NCBI GenBank assembly: GCA_044348645.1
Contig: JBIKSL010000011.1
Span: forward strand, 1,297-65,296
Origin: Crocinitomicaceae bacterium
GTDB lineage: Bacteria; Bacteroidota; Bacteroidia; Flavobacteriales_D; Crocinitomicaceae
Reading direction: 5' to 3'
DNA length: 64,000 nucleotides
Numbering within the stretch: the stretch's first letter is position 1; each line of letters begins with the position of its first letter. The position numbers were made by a program, and so were the translations under genes. The notes under the pieces are model-generated. The model saw only the letters and a program-made list of their open reading frames with translations. It was not told the DNA's origin and searched no databases. Positions 55,569-64,000 of the stretch are shown piece by piece.

Positions 55569-56318
55569 ATGAAAAAAAGTTTATTCAAACTTATTGTTAT
55601 TTTTATTTTTCTGCAGTTGTTTTCAGCATGTAAGCTAAAGGAAAAATTAGTTTATTTCAACCAAACTTCAAATGATTCGGAACCAGCAACTGTTTTTAGC
55701 CCCATTAAAATAAAAGTTGATGATTACCTTTCTGTTCACGTTTCCGATTTGGATAATGAAACAGTTTCTCTTTTCAATCCTAAATTGCGAATTGATAATT
55801 CGGAGGAATCGGGTTATCTTGTAGATGTTACAGGTCAAATTGCTCTTCCCGTTATTGGTAAAATCACCATTTCAGGTTTAACAAAAGAAGATGCTGAATT
55901 GCTCATATCTAGCAGGCTTAAAGACTATTTGAAGAACCCAATTGTCCAAATTCGAATTTTGAATTTCAAAGTTACTGTATTAGGGGATGTCAAATCTCCG
56001 GGAACATTCAATATCAAATCTCAACGCATGTCAGTACTTGACGCAATAGGAATGGCCGGAGATCTCAAAATGAATGGTTCAAGAAACAATGTTCTAGTTC
56101 TGAGAGATGAAAATGGTCATAAAACAGAGTATCGATTGGATTTAACCTCAAAATCAGTTTTAAATTCTCCAGGATATTACCTTCAGCAAAACGATGTTGT
56201 TTATGTGGAACCAAATTTCAATTCTCGTCTTGAAGGATCTTTCTTAAAATCGAATGGTCAAATATTTGTTTCTGCCCTTGCTCCTATTTTATCCATTATA
56301 ATCATACTTAGACAATGA
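55569..56318 (+). CDS. wza: Polysaccharide export protein (Wza-like), copy 2
   Basis: The 249-aa product has the lipoprotein signal FLQLFSAC. Its Poly_export core reads VDDYLSVHV...LPVIGKITISGLTKEDAELLI. Confidence 0.82.
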   Translation: MKKSLFKLIVIFIFLQLFSACKLKEKLVYFNQTSNDSEPATVFSPIKIKVDDYLSVHVSDLDNETVSLFNPKLRIDNSEESGYLVDVTGQIALPVIGKITISGLTKEDAELLISSRLKDYLKNPIVQIRILNFKVTVLGDVKSPGTFNIKSQRMSVLDAIGMAGDLKMNGSRNNVLVLRDENGHKTEYRLDLTSKSVLNSPGYYLQQNDVVYVEPNFNSRLEGSFLKSNGQIFVSALAPILSIIIILRQ

Positions 56319-58741
56319 GTGAAAATAACCAAGACACTCAAAGAAAAAATGAACCGACTCATACAAAAACACTTTTTGAGAGATTAATCCCTTTCATAAA
56401 AAATTGGCGTTGGTATTTAATTTTGATTTTGGTAACTATTTTTTTCGTAAAAATTTATTTGAGGTATTCCATACCTATATTCAAATCACAGGCAACTATT
56501 TTGATTAGTGAAGATGAACGTAGCGGCAGTAACCCCCAGGGAATAGATATTTTAGAGAATTTGGAACTAGTTAAGTCATCATCCAATCTCGCGAATGAAA
56601 TTGAAGTAATGAAAGCGCACTCTATACTTGGACCAGTAGTTGACACACTCAATTTAAGGGTGACGGCGTATTTGCTAGGTGACAAATCTGGAGTTCGTAA
56701 AGAGGATTTATACAGAGATATTCCTTTTGACATTGAAATAAAGAAAAATAAAAAGTCTAATGAATTAAACACGGATAATTTTGAATTTTCAATAAATCTA
56801 AAAATCCTCTCTCCTTCATTATTTAGCCTAAATGATGACTCGAAATATTCTTTCGAAGAAGAAATAAAATCGTTTAGTTCAGATTTTAACGTGACATTTA
56901 AACCTAATTCTAATTTTTCTAGTAATTGGATTGGAAAAACGATTGAGTTAACATATAGTACAAAAGAGTCTGCTATAAATACTTTGGCTGGAAATTTAGA
57001 AATTATTAAGAAAAATAAAGAATCTACTGTTCTTTCTATTTCTACTCAAGGTCCTAATACAGAAAGAAGTAACGATATATTATCTCATCTAATTGAAAGC
57101 TACAAAAGAGATGCATTACATGATAAAAATATAGTAGCAGCCAACACAAGTGCCTTTATTAAAGAAAGAATGAAGTTTCTGTTAGAGGAATTAAATGATG
57201 TTGAAAAATCGGGTGAGAGCTATAAAAATGAAAATAAAATAGTTGATTTTCAGGCAGATGTTACAGATTACATGTCTAACAAGGGAGAGGCCAGCAGATT
57301 AACAACTCAAGCAGAAATTGAACTCAGTTTAATAGAAATACTTAGAGATCATTTGAGAAAAACGGAAGATTTATCGGTTTTATTACCCGCTAATCTCGGT
57401 TTTCAAGATGGTTCAATCAATCAAATGACTGATCAATACAATAAGTTGGTTTTGGATCGATCCAAATTATTACAATCATCAAGTAACCTAAACCCTTTAG
57501 TTCAAAAGACAGAGACACAAATATATGCGTTAAAAGAAAGTTTGGAAAAAGGGCTTAAAAATTTAAAAAGTTCGGTAACATTAAGGTTAAATTCTTACAA
57601 GAAGAAGTATACTTATTTCAATTCCGAATTGGCACAAGTCCCCAAATTAGAACGAGAATATCGATCAATTCTTCGTCAACAACAAATTAAGGAGACACTT
57701 TATTTATATTTATTGCAAAAGCGTGAGGAAAACGAAATAGAATTAGCGGCCTCTGTCTCAAATATAAAAACTATCGAACCTGCTCACAATACTGGCATAC
57801 AAATCTTTCCTAAACCTTCCAATTATTATATGTTAGGGTTTTTCCTAGCCATACTCCTGCCAACCGTGATAATTTATATTTTACAGCTCTTAGATACCAA
57901 AGTCAGAGGTTCCGGAGATATTGTTGGTCTTACTCTAATTGGCCAGATTCCAAAAAGTGACGATGACCGTAAAATAATTCTTCAGGACGATAGAACATAT
58001 CTTTCTGAAGCATTTCGAATGTTGAGAGCTAATATTAGTTTTTTCCTTAATGACTCTGAGAGAAAGGCACACGTTATCGCAATTTCTTCTACTCTTCCTA
58101 ACGAGGGAAAAACATTCACATCTGTCAACTTATCGCACAGTCTATCTAATATTGGACATGAAGTAGTTATTTTGGGTTTGGACTTAAGAGTTCCAAAATT
58201 ATCTGACTATTTCATTATGGACAAAAAAACTGGAATTAGCAACTACATCGTTGACTCGAAACTTACTGTTGAAGATATTATTCAAAAAGATTCGGAAAAC
58301 GAAAATCTATATTATATAAATGCAGGAGACATTCCTCCAAATCCATCTGAGCTATTAATGAAACCTCGTTTTTTTGAATTAATTGAACTTTTGAAAGAAC
58401 GATTCACTTTTATTATTTTAGACACATCTCCCATTGGATTAATTGCTGATTGTTTGCCTGTAATTAAGAATGTCGATTTGTTGATTTACGTTGTTAGATG
58501 TGAATTTTTAGACAGAAACCTTTTGAATGTACCAAAAGATTACATAGAAGATGGTGTTATTTCTAATTGCGCTATTGTTCTAAATTATGTTGAGCCTTTG
58601 GAGAAAAGATATGGATATTCATATCGATATGGTTACAGATATAAATATGGTTATGGCTACAAAAATGGTTATTTCTCAAATGGAAAAAAGAAAAGTCTTT
58701 GGGTTAAACTTTTTTCAAGAAAGAAAAAGACAAAATCGTAA
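56315..58741 (+). CDS. wzc: Chain-length determinant / BY-kinase (Wzc-like), copy 2
   Basis: The 808-aa product carries Walker A (PNEGKTF), Walker A' (VILGLDLRVPK) and Walker B (FIILDTSP). The Tyr-rich tail is RYGYSYRYGYRYKYGYGYKNGYF. Confidence 0.88.
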   Translation: MSENNQDTQRKNEPTHTKTLFERLIPFIKNWRWYLILILVTIFFVKIYLRYSIPIFKSQATILISEDERSGSNPQGIDILENLELVKSSSNLANEIEVMKAHSILGPVVDTLNLRVTAYLLGDKSGVRKEDLYRDIPFDIEIKKNKKSNELNTDNFEFSINLKILSPSLFSLNDDSKYSFEEEIKSFSSDFNVTFKPNSNFSSNWIGKTIELTYSTKESAINTLAGNLEIIKKNKESTVLSISTQGPNTERSNDILSHLIESYKRDALHDKNIVAANTSAFIKERMKFLLEELNDVEKSGESYKNENKIVDFQADVTDYMSNKGEASRLTTQAEIELSLIEILRDHLRKTEDLSVLLPANLGFQDGSINQMTDQYNKLVLDRSKLLQSSSNLNPLVQKTETQIYALKESLEKGLKNLKSSVTLRLNSYKKKYTYFNSELAQVPKLEREYRSILRQQQIKETLYLYLLQKREENEIELAASVSNIKTIEPAHNTGIQIFPKPSNYYMLGFFLAILLPTVIIYILQLLDTKVRGSGDIVGLTLIGQIPKSDDDRKIILQDDRTYLSEAFRMLRANISFFLNDSERKAHVIAISSTLPNEGKTFTSVNLSHSLSNIGHEVVILGLDLRVPKLSDYFIMDKKTGISNYIVDSKLTVEDIIQKDSENENLYYINAGDIPPNPSELLMKPRFFELIELLKERFTFIILDTSPIGLIADCLPVIKNVDLLIYVVRCEFLDRNLLNVPKDYIEDGVISNCAIVLNYVEPLEKRYGYSYRYGYRYKYGYGYKNGYFSNGKKKSLWVKLFSRKKKTKS

Positions 58742-58812
58742 GTCAGTTATTTTCTCCAAAAAAGTGGCTACTTTTATTCATGTAATTTAGTTGGGGAAAA
58801 CCAAATTACATT

Positions 58813-58852
58813 AAAGCGGGAAATCTCTATTAGGAAATCCCGCTTTTTTTTT
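58813..58852 (+). terminator. Rho-independent terminator closing polysaccharide locus 2
   Basis: The stem pairs AAAGCGGGA (58813..58821) with TCCCGCTTT (58838..58846), followed by a T-run to 58852. It is preceded by a second hairpin, ATGTAAT...ATTACAT, at about 58779..58811. Confidence 0.75.
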
Positions 58853-58933
58853 AAGTTTTATCGGATAATAGTGGTTCATATAAGAAAACTAATATTCTTA
58901 TCCAAAAACTTTTAATTTTCAATCATTGTTTTG

Positions 58934-58941
58934 TAATTTTG
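58934..58941 (+). promoter_or_regulatory. Bacteroidota-type -7 promoter box (TAATTTTG) for ahcY
   Basis: This is an exact TAnnTTTG match, 17 nt upstream of the ahcY ATG at 58959. Confidence 0.5.
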
Positions 58942-58958
58942 AACAAAATTTATTAATT

Positions 58959-60272
58959 ATGAACAATGTAACCGAAAAATTAACGTACAAAGTTAAAGAT
59001 ATTAGCCTTGCGGATTGGGGAAGAAAAGAAATCAAACTTGCTGAAGCCGAAATGCCTGGATTAATGTCTCTTCGAGAGGAGTATGGTCAATCAAAACCGT
59101 TAGCAGGTGCCCGAATAGCAGGATGTCTTCACATGACCATTCAAACAGCTGTTTTAATCGAAACATTAGTTGATTTAGGAGCTGAAGTTACTTGGTCATC
59201 TTGTAATATTTTCTCAACTCAAGATCATGCGGCGGCAGCCATTGCAGCGGCAGGAATCCCAGTTTTCGCATGGAAAGGAATGAACGAGGAAGAGTTTGAT
59301 TGGTGTATTGAACAAACGCTCTTTGCATTTAAAGACGGAAAACCATTGAATATGATTCTTGACGACGGTGGTGACTTAACGAATATGGTTTTTGATAGAT
59401 TTCCTGAATTGACCAAAGATATTAAAGGCTTATCTGAAGAAACAACAACTGGAGTTCATCGTCTTTACGAACGTAAAAAGAACGGTACCTTGGTTATGCC
59501 AGCAATAAACGTTAACGACTCCGTAACAAAATCAAAATTCGATAACAAATACGGTTGTAAAGAATCATTGGTTGATTCGATTCGAAGAGCAACTGATGTT
59601 ATGATGGCTGGAAAAGTTGCTGTTGTATGTGGATACGGTGATGTTGGTAAAGGTTCTGCAGCCTCTTTACAAGGAGCTGGTGCTCGTGTTATTGTAACTG
59701 AAATAGATCCAATTTGTGCGCTTCAAGCAGCAATGGATGGTTTCGAAGTTAAACGTTTGGATTCAGTTGTTCATTTAGGAGATATCATTGTTACAACAAC
59801 TGGAAATAAAAACATTGTTGTCGGCCGTCATTTTGAAAAAATGAAGGATAAAGCCATCGTTTGTAACATCGGGCATTTTGACAATGAAATCGATATGGCT
59901 TGGCTCAACAATAATTATGGATCAACAAAATATACAGTTAAACCGCAAGTTGACATCTATAATGTAAATGGTAACGAAATCATTGTTTTGGCTGAAGGAA
60001 GATTAGTGAACCTAGGTTGTGCAACCGGTCACCCGTCATTCGTCATGTCCAACTCTTTTACAAACCAAACATTAGCACAATTAGAATTATGGCAAAATTC
60101 AGCAAACTACGAAAACGATGTTTACATGTTACCGAAACATTTAGACGAAAAAGTTGCTCGATTGCATTTAGCTAAAATTGGTGTTGAATTAGAAACATTA
60201 ACTAGCGAACAAGCTGATTACATTGGAGTTAAAATTCAAGGTCCATTCAAGGCAGAACATTATCGCTATTAA
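58959..60272 (+). CDS. ahcY: Adenosylhomocysteinase
   Basis: The product is about 437 aa. It starts [27 protein letters not shown] and carries the NAD-binding motif [10 protein letters not shown]. It also carries GHFDNEID, and it ends in HYRY. Confidence 0.96.
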   Translation: MNNVTEKLTYKVKDISLADWGRKEIKLAEAEMPGLMSLREEYGQSKPLAGARIAGCLHMTIQTAVLIETLVDLGAEVTWSSCNIFSTQDHAAAAIAAAGIPVFAWKGMNEEEFDWCIEQTLFAFKDGKPLNMILDDGGDLTNMVFDRFPELTKDIKGLSEETTTGVHRLYERKKNGTLVMPAINVNDSVTKSKFDNKYGCKESLVDSIRRATDVMMAGKVAVVCGYGDVGKGSAASLQGAGARVIVTEIDPICALQAAMDGFEVKRLDSVVHLGDIIVTTTGNKNIVVGRHFEKMKDKAIVCNIGHFDNEIDMAWLNNNYGSTKYTVKPQVDIYNVNGNEIIVLAEGRLVNLGCATGHPSFVMSNSFTNQTLAQLELWQNSANYENDVYMLPKHLDEKVARLHLAKIGVELETLTSEQADYIGVKIQGPFKAEHYRY

Positions 60273-60491
60273 TGGTTTTTGTTCGACTCGTTATTCTGAA
60301 TGGAATTAATTAATGATCATTTTATAAACTTCGAAATAAAGTAATCTTTCTAATTCGTGTAATTTCAACTTGCACGATAATTCAATCCGTGATGATTCAT
60401 TGACTCGCGTAATGTATTTATAAATAAGAAGAGATTTCGAAATATATTATGCGAGTTTTAAGTGAAGTTTTCATCCTTTCTTTTTGAAAAA

Positions 60492-61178
60492 ATGTCAATC
60501 GACACTCTCGTTTTAGATGAATTCTACAAAATCATTACGCCAAACAAAGTTGAGATGTTTGACCGAATCGCAGCTCAAAGAACGAAATATCTAACCATCG
60601 CACTGGAGAATATTTATCAAGAACACAATGCCTCGGCCGTACTTAGAAGTTGTGACTGTTTTGGAATACAAGAAATGCATGTCATCGAAAAAGGGTTTCA
60701 ATATTCCGTTCAACGAGACATTGCTCTTGGCGCAGGTCGCTGGGTTGATTTGCTAAATTATAATCTTGGTGACAATCCAACTGACGATTGTTTTCTCCAT
60801 CTGAGGAATAAAGGATTTCAGATTGTTGCTACAACGCCCCATACAGATTCATACATGATTCACGATATTCCTATTGACCAACCACTTGCATTTTTCTTTG
60901 GCACTGAACATCGTGGTTTGAGTGAAGAAATTATTAATCGTGCGGATTATCATTTAAAAATTCCAATGTTCGGTTTCACGGAAAGTTTTAATATCTCTGT
61001 TTCCGTTGCACTAGTTTTGCAAGTTATTCGCGATAGATTAGAGAAAAGTGAACTTAAATGGAAATTAAGCGAGGAAGAACAAATCTCCCTGAAAATTAAA
61101 TGGTGTCGAAAGATATTGAATGGTGGACAAGCATTGGAAAATGAATTTCGGAAACGATTAAATCAAAAAGAATTATAA
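60492..61178 (+). CDS. trmH: SpoU/TrmH family RNA 2'-O-methyltransferase (probably tRNA Gm18)
   Basis: The product is about 228 aa from the ATG at 60492. It carries the SPOUT motifs NASAVLRSCDCFG, FFFGTEHRGLS and IPMFGFTESFNISVSVA. Confidence 0.8.
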   Translation: MSIDTLVLDEFYKIITPNKVEMFDRIAAQRTKYLTIALENIYQEHNASAVLRSCDCFGIQEMHVIEKGFQYSVQRDIALGAGRWVDLLNYNLGDNPTDDCFLHLRNKGFQIVATTPHTDSYMIHDIPIDQPLAFFFGTEHRGLSEEIINRADYHLKIPMFGFTESFNISVSVALVLQVIRDRLEKSELKWKLSEEEQISLKIKWCRKILNGGQALENEFRKRLNQKEL

Positions 61179-61218
61179 CTTTGTCAAACATTTGATTACA
61201 AACCAAAAAGATAGTTTT

Positions 61219-61440
61219 ATGGGAAAAGGAGATAAAAAAACAGCGAAAGGAAAACGAACTATGGGTTCCTACGGAAATACAAGAAAAAGAAAGGTTGAAA
61301 AACCAATTGTTGTTTCTGCAAAACCGAAAAAAGCAAAAGTCTCTGAATCGGAAGAAACAACGAAGAAACCTATAGCCAAGAAGCCTGCCGCTAAAAAGCC
61401 TGCTGCCAAAAAATCGGAAGCAACCAAGAAAAAAGACTAA
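61219..61440 (+). CDS. 30S ribosomal protein THX with a Lys/Ala/Pro-rich C-terminal extension
   Basis: The N-terminus MGKGDKKTAKGKRTMGSYGNTRKRK matches the THX core pattern. It is followed by about 45 aa that include KKPIAKKPAAKKPAAKK. I placed the start at the ATG at 61219. Confidence 0.7.
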   Translation: MGKGDKKTAKGKRTMGSYGNTRKRKVEKPIVVSAKPKKAKVSESEETTKKPIAKKPAAKKPAAKKSEATKKKD

Positions 61441-61447
61441 TAAAATC

Positions 61448-61473
61448 GCCGGTTTTTGACTGGCTTTTTTTTT
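61448..61473 (+). terminator. Rho-independent terminator after the THX gene
   Basis: The stem GCCGGT / ACTGGC contains one G-U pair and closes a 5-nt loop. A T9 run follows. Confidence 0.7.
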
Positions 61474-61540
61474 GAAATATTTTTAACATTTGAATTGTAA
61501 TTTAATATGAATTGCAAAATTTGAACTTTAAACAAAAACA

Positions 61541-62605
61541 ATGAAGCATAATTTTGGAGCTGGTCCCTGTATTTTACCTCAAGCAGTTTTCAAGCAGGCA
61601 GCAGATGCAGTCTTAGATTTTAATGGTTTATCTATTTTGGAGGTTTCTCATCGCCACAAAGATTTTGTTGCAGTAATGGATGAGGCTGTAGATTTGGTTA
61701 AAAAAGCCTTAAATGTTCCGGCAGGATATTCAATCGTTTATCTGCAAGGGGGGGCGACTCTTGGTTTTACAATCGCAGCTTTGAATATGATGCGTTCAAC
61801 CAAAAAAGCCGGTTACATTAACACTGGAACATGGGCATCTGGAGCCATCAAAGAAGCCAAAAAAGTTGGAGTTGATGTCAATGTTTTCGCTTCCTCTGAG
61901 GATCAGAATTTCACATACATCCCAAAAAATTATTCTCTACCAACTGATGTGGATTACATCCATTTTACCTCAAACAATACCATTTTCGGAACCCAATTTA
62001 AAGATTTTCCAAAAACGAAATTGCCATTGGTTTGCGACATGTCATCTGACATCTTTTCCAAAGAAATCATCGTTTCTGATTTTGATCTCATATATGCTGG
62101 AGCGCAAAAAAACTTAGGTCCGGCCGGAGCTACGCTTTACATTGTGAAAGATGAAATTCTAGGGAAATCAACTTCTACTTTCCTACCAACTTATTTGGAT
62201 CTAAAACAACATGTTGAGAAAGAATCGATGTATAACACACCTCCTGTTTTTTCAGTTTATGTTGCTATGTTAAACCTTCGCAATTTACTTTCGAATGGAG
62301 GTGTGAAAGCAATGGAAGAAAGAAATAACGCAAAAGCATCTCTACTATACAATGAAATAGACTCAAACCCATTGTTTAAAGGCACTGTAGCTACGGAAGA
62401 TCGTTCTAATATGAATGTTACGTTTTTGTTGACAGATGAATCTCGTGCTGCTGAATTCGATTCCATGTGGAAAGGAGCTGGAATTGTAGGTTTACCCGGA
62501 CACCGATCAGTTGGTGGTTACAGAGCCTCCATGTATAATGCTTTACCAATAGAAAGTGTTCAGGTTTTGGTTGACGTCATGAAAGAATTAGCAAGAAAAG
62601 GATAA
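61541..62605 (+). CDS. serC: Phosphoserine aminotransferase
   Basis: The 354-aa product starts MKHNFGAGPCILPQAV. It carries SHRHKDF, GAQKNLGPAG (the PLP lysine) and GGYRASMYNA motifs. Confidence 0.95.
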   Translation: MKHNFGAGPCILPQAVFKQAADAVLDFNGLSILEVSHRHKDFVAVMDEAVDLVKKALNVPAGYSIVYLQGGATLGFTIAALNMMRSTKKAGYINTGTWASGAIKEAKKVGVDVNVFASSEDQNFTYIPKNYSLPTDVDYIHFTSNNTIFGTQFKDFPKTKLPLVCDMSSDIFSKEIIVSDFDLIYAGAQKNLGPAGATLYIVKDEILGKSTSTFLPTYLDLKQHVEKESMYNTPPVFSVYVAMLNLRNLLSNGGVKAMEERNNAKASLLYNEIDSNPLFKGTVATEDRSNMNVTFLLTDESRAAEFDSMWKGAGIVGLPGHRSVGGYRASMYNALPIESVQVLVDVMKELARKG

Positions 62606-62615
62606 GATATATAAA

Positions 62616-63569
62616 ATGAAAATACTCGCAAATGATGGAATTTCCGCTATAGGAAAACAATTGTTGGAAGAAGCAGGATATATTGTAATTACAGACAAAG
62701 TTGCTCAAGAAGATTTAGCAAAAGCAGTTAATGAACAAGGAGTCGAAATTGTTTTGGTACGCAGCGCAACTACTGTTCGAAAAGAAGTAATTGACGCGTG
62801 TCCTGGTTTAAAATTAATTGGCCGAGGTGGTGTTGGCATGGATAACATCGATGTAGCATACGCTCGAGAAAAAGGACTTACGGTAATTAATACACCGGCA
62901 TCATCTTCGCAATCTGTTGCGGAATTGGTCATGGGGCAATTATTTTCACTTTCTAGATTTCTACAAGATTCCTTCAAAAATATGGAAACAGGTGACTTTT
63001 CTACGTTGAAAAAAAATTACGCCAAAGGAGTTGAATTACGGAGCAAAACCCTGGGAATCATTGGTTTTGGCAGAATTGGTCAAAGTTTAGCTTCTTATGC
63101 TTTAGGTATTGGAATGGATGTAATTGCCATCGATCAGACTTCATACGAAGTTGAGATTCCGGTGAAGGTTGCCAATCAAACCATATCAATTGCACTTACA
63201 ACACAAACTGATTTGAAAGTTGTTTTAGGGCAACTCGATTACATTTCCATTCATGTTCCTAAACAAGCTAATGGTAGCGCAGTGATTACTTCTGCAGAAT
63301 TTGCCTTGATGAAAAAAGGAGTTAGAATTGCCAATGCAGCGCGGGGAGGCGTAATTGACGAAAACGACTTGATTGAAGCCCTTAGTAATGGAACAGTTTC
63401 CGGTTGTGCATTGGACGTTTTTGACAATGAACCTAATCCGAGAAAAGAATTGCTTAGTAATCCGAAAATAGCTTGCACGCCACATATTGGAGCAGCCACT
63501 GTTGAGGCACAAGATCGCATCGGTGAAGAGTTGGCTCAGTTGATAATTGGTCAGTTTGGACGAAAATAA
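62616..63569 (+). CDS. serA: D-3-phosphoglycerate dehydrogenase (short, D-2-hydroxyacid dehydrogenase family)
   Basis: The 317-aa product carries the NAD motif GIIGFGRIGQ and the catalytic region ARGGVIDE...TPHIGA. It lies immediately downstream of serC. Confidence 0.85.
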   Translation: MKILANDGISAIGKQLLEEAGYIVITDKVAQEDLAKAVNEQGVEIVLVRSATTVRKEVIDACPGLKLIGRGGVGMDNIDVAYAREKGLTVINTPASSSQSVAELVMGQLFSLSRFLQDSFKNMETGDFSTLKKNYAKGVELRSKTLGIIGFGRIGQSLASYALGIGMDVIAIDQTSYEVEIPVKVANQTISIALTTQTDLKVVLGQLDYISIHVPKQANGSAVITSAEFALMKKGVRIANAARGGVIDENDLIEALSNGTVSGCALDVFDNEPNPRKELLSNPKIACTPHIGAATVEAQDRIGEELAQLIIGQFGRK

Positions 63570-63703
63570 TCTCTTTTAATTTCTCGTCTTAAGTTTCCTT
63601 TTTCGATTAATTCTTTTGTGAAATCACTTATTTATTGGCAATTAGTTTGCCATCAACGTTATTATCTCGTTGAAGTTTGATTTCCGATATAAATTAGGTT
63701 TTT

Positions 63704-64000
63704 ATGAAAGTTATTTTGTCTCCTGCAAAAAATATAAGCGAAGATGAAGCGATTAAAAATGATTATTCAATTCCTATTTTCGAGAATGAAGCTCAACTAT
63801 TAATCAATAAGCTTAATAAATTAAAGGTTGATGAGATTATTAATTTGATGTCCATATCAAAAGATTTAGCTCAATTGAACCAATGGAGATTCAATAATTG
63901 GTCTAAGGCAAATTCAATAGAAAATGGAAAATACATTCAGGCGATACATGCTTTTTCGGGTGAAGTTTATCGAGGTTTTGAAATTCAGACGCTTGAGGAT
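63704..64000 (+). CDS. yaaA: Peroxide stress protein YaaA (UPF0246/DUF328), partial (runs off the right edge)
   Basis: This is absent from the ORF track because there is no stop in the window. My own translation from the ATG at 63704 gives MKVILSPAKNISEDEA...AIHAFSGEVYRGFEIQTLED, which is 99 codons of open frame. Confidence 0.75.
   Translation, partial: MKVILSPAKNISEDEAIKNDYSIPIFENEAQLLINKLNKLKVDEIINLMSISKDLAQLNQWRFNNWSKANSIENGKYIQAIHAFSGEVYRGFEIQTLED

Noticed and set aside
58742-58958. I looked for an SAH riboswitch or another leader element upstream of ahcY.
   Set aside because: The region is occupied by the locus 2 terminator hairpins. The TAATTTTG promoter box lies only 17 nt from the ATG, so no structured leader is possible.
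1-64000. I searched the whole window for a defence island, CRISPR array, prophage, retron/DGR, toxin-antitoxin pair or other compact novel system.
   Set aside because: I found no direct-repeat/spacer arrays and no reverse transcriptase. I also found no nuclease-NTPase or integrase-like ORFs. I found no cluster of unassignable genes either. Every ORF longer than about 150 aa except three (12055, 30086, 36408) falls into a familiar housekeeping or polysaccharide-biosynthesis family. I do not claim a new system here beyond the polysaccharide-locus oddities listed in the findings.

Overview
This is a low-GC bacterial chromosome segment. I attribute it to Bacteroidota, probably Flavobacteriales-like, on these grounds: a type III glutamine synthetase, a ribosomal protein THX, divergent TamB/TsaD genes, TAnnTTTG -7 promoter boxes with very short leaders, and no Shine-Dalgarno signals. 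Most of the window is core housekeeping. It includes lipB, a PGI/PMI-type SIS isomerase, acyl-CoA carboxylase BC and CT subunits, tamB, tsaD, dsbD, PBP4, uvrA, tRNA-Gln, glnN, ilvE, comEC, recQ, ahcY, trmH, THX, serC, serA and yaaA. The accessory content is two polysaccharide loci. Locus 1 (about 16.6-23.6 kb) carries GT4, wza, wzc, rfbC, a WecA-like transferase and a lytic transglycosylase. Locus 2 (about 36.4-58.7 kb) is a large Wzx/Wzy-dependent locus that looks more AT-rich by eye. It encodes a transglutaminase-like membrane protein, a flippase, an acetyltransferase, a WbuX-type amidotransferase, several glycosyltransferases, wecB, wzy, gmd, an AsnB-like amidotransferase, a carbamoyltransferase, and a second WecA-like/wza/wzc set. 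I found no CRISPR array, prophage, toxin-antitoxin pair or recognisable defence system. The only mobile-element trace is a short DDE-transposase relic between uvrA and tRNA-Gln. The observations most worth a second look are listed here.
- A perfect in-frame (TATGGT)n microsatellite encodes a (YG)15 tyrosine cluster at the C-terminus of Wzc-1.
- A transglutaminase-fold membrane protein heads locus 2.
- A WbuX-type amidotransferase lacks its usual HisH/HisF partners.
- The gmd gene has a conserved N-terminus with no canonical start codon and no downstream pathway partner.
- About 650 bp of non-coding DNA with paired hairpins lies upstream of glnN.
All calls come from reading the translations and the sequence by eye. 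No database search was run.
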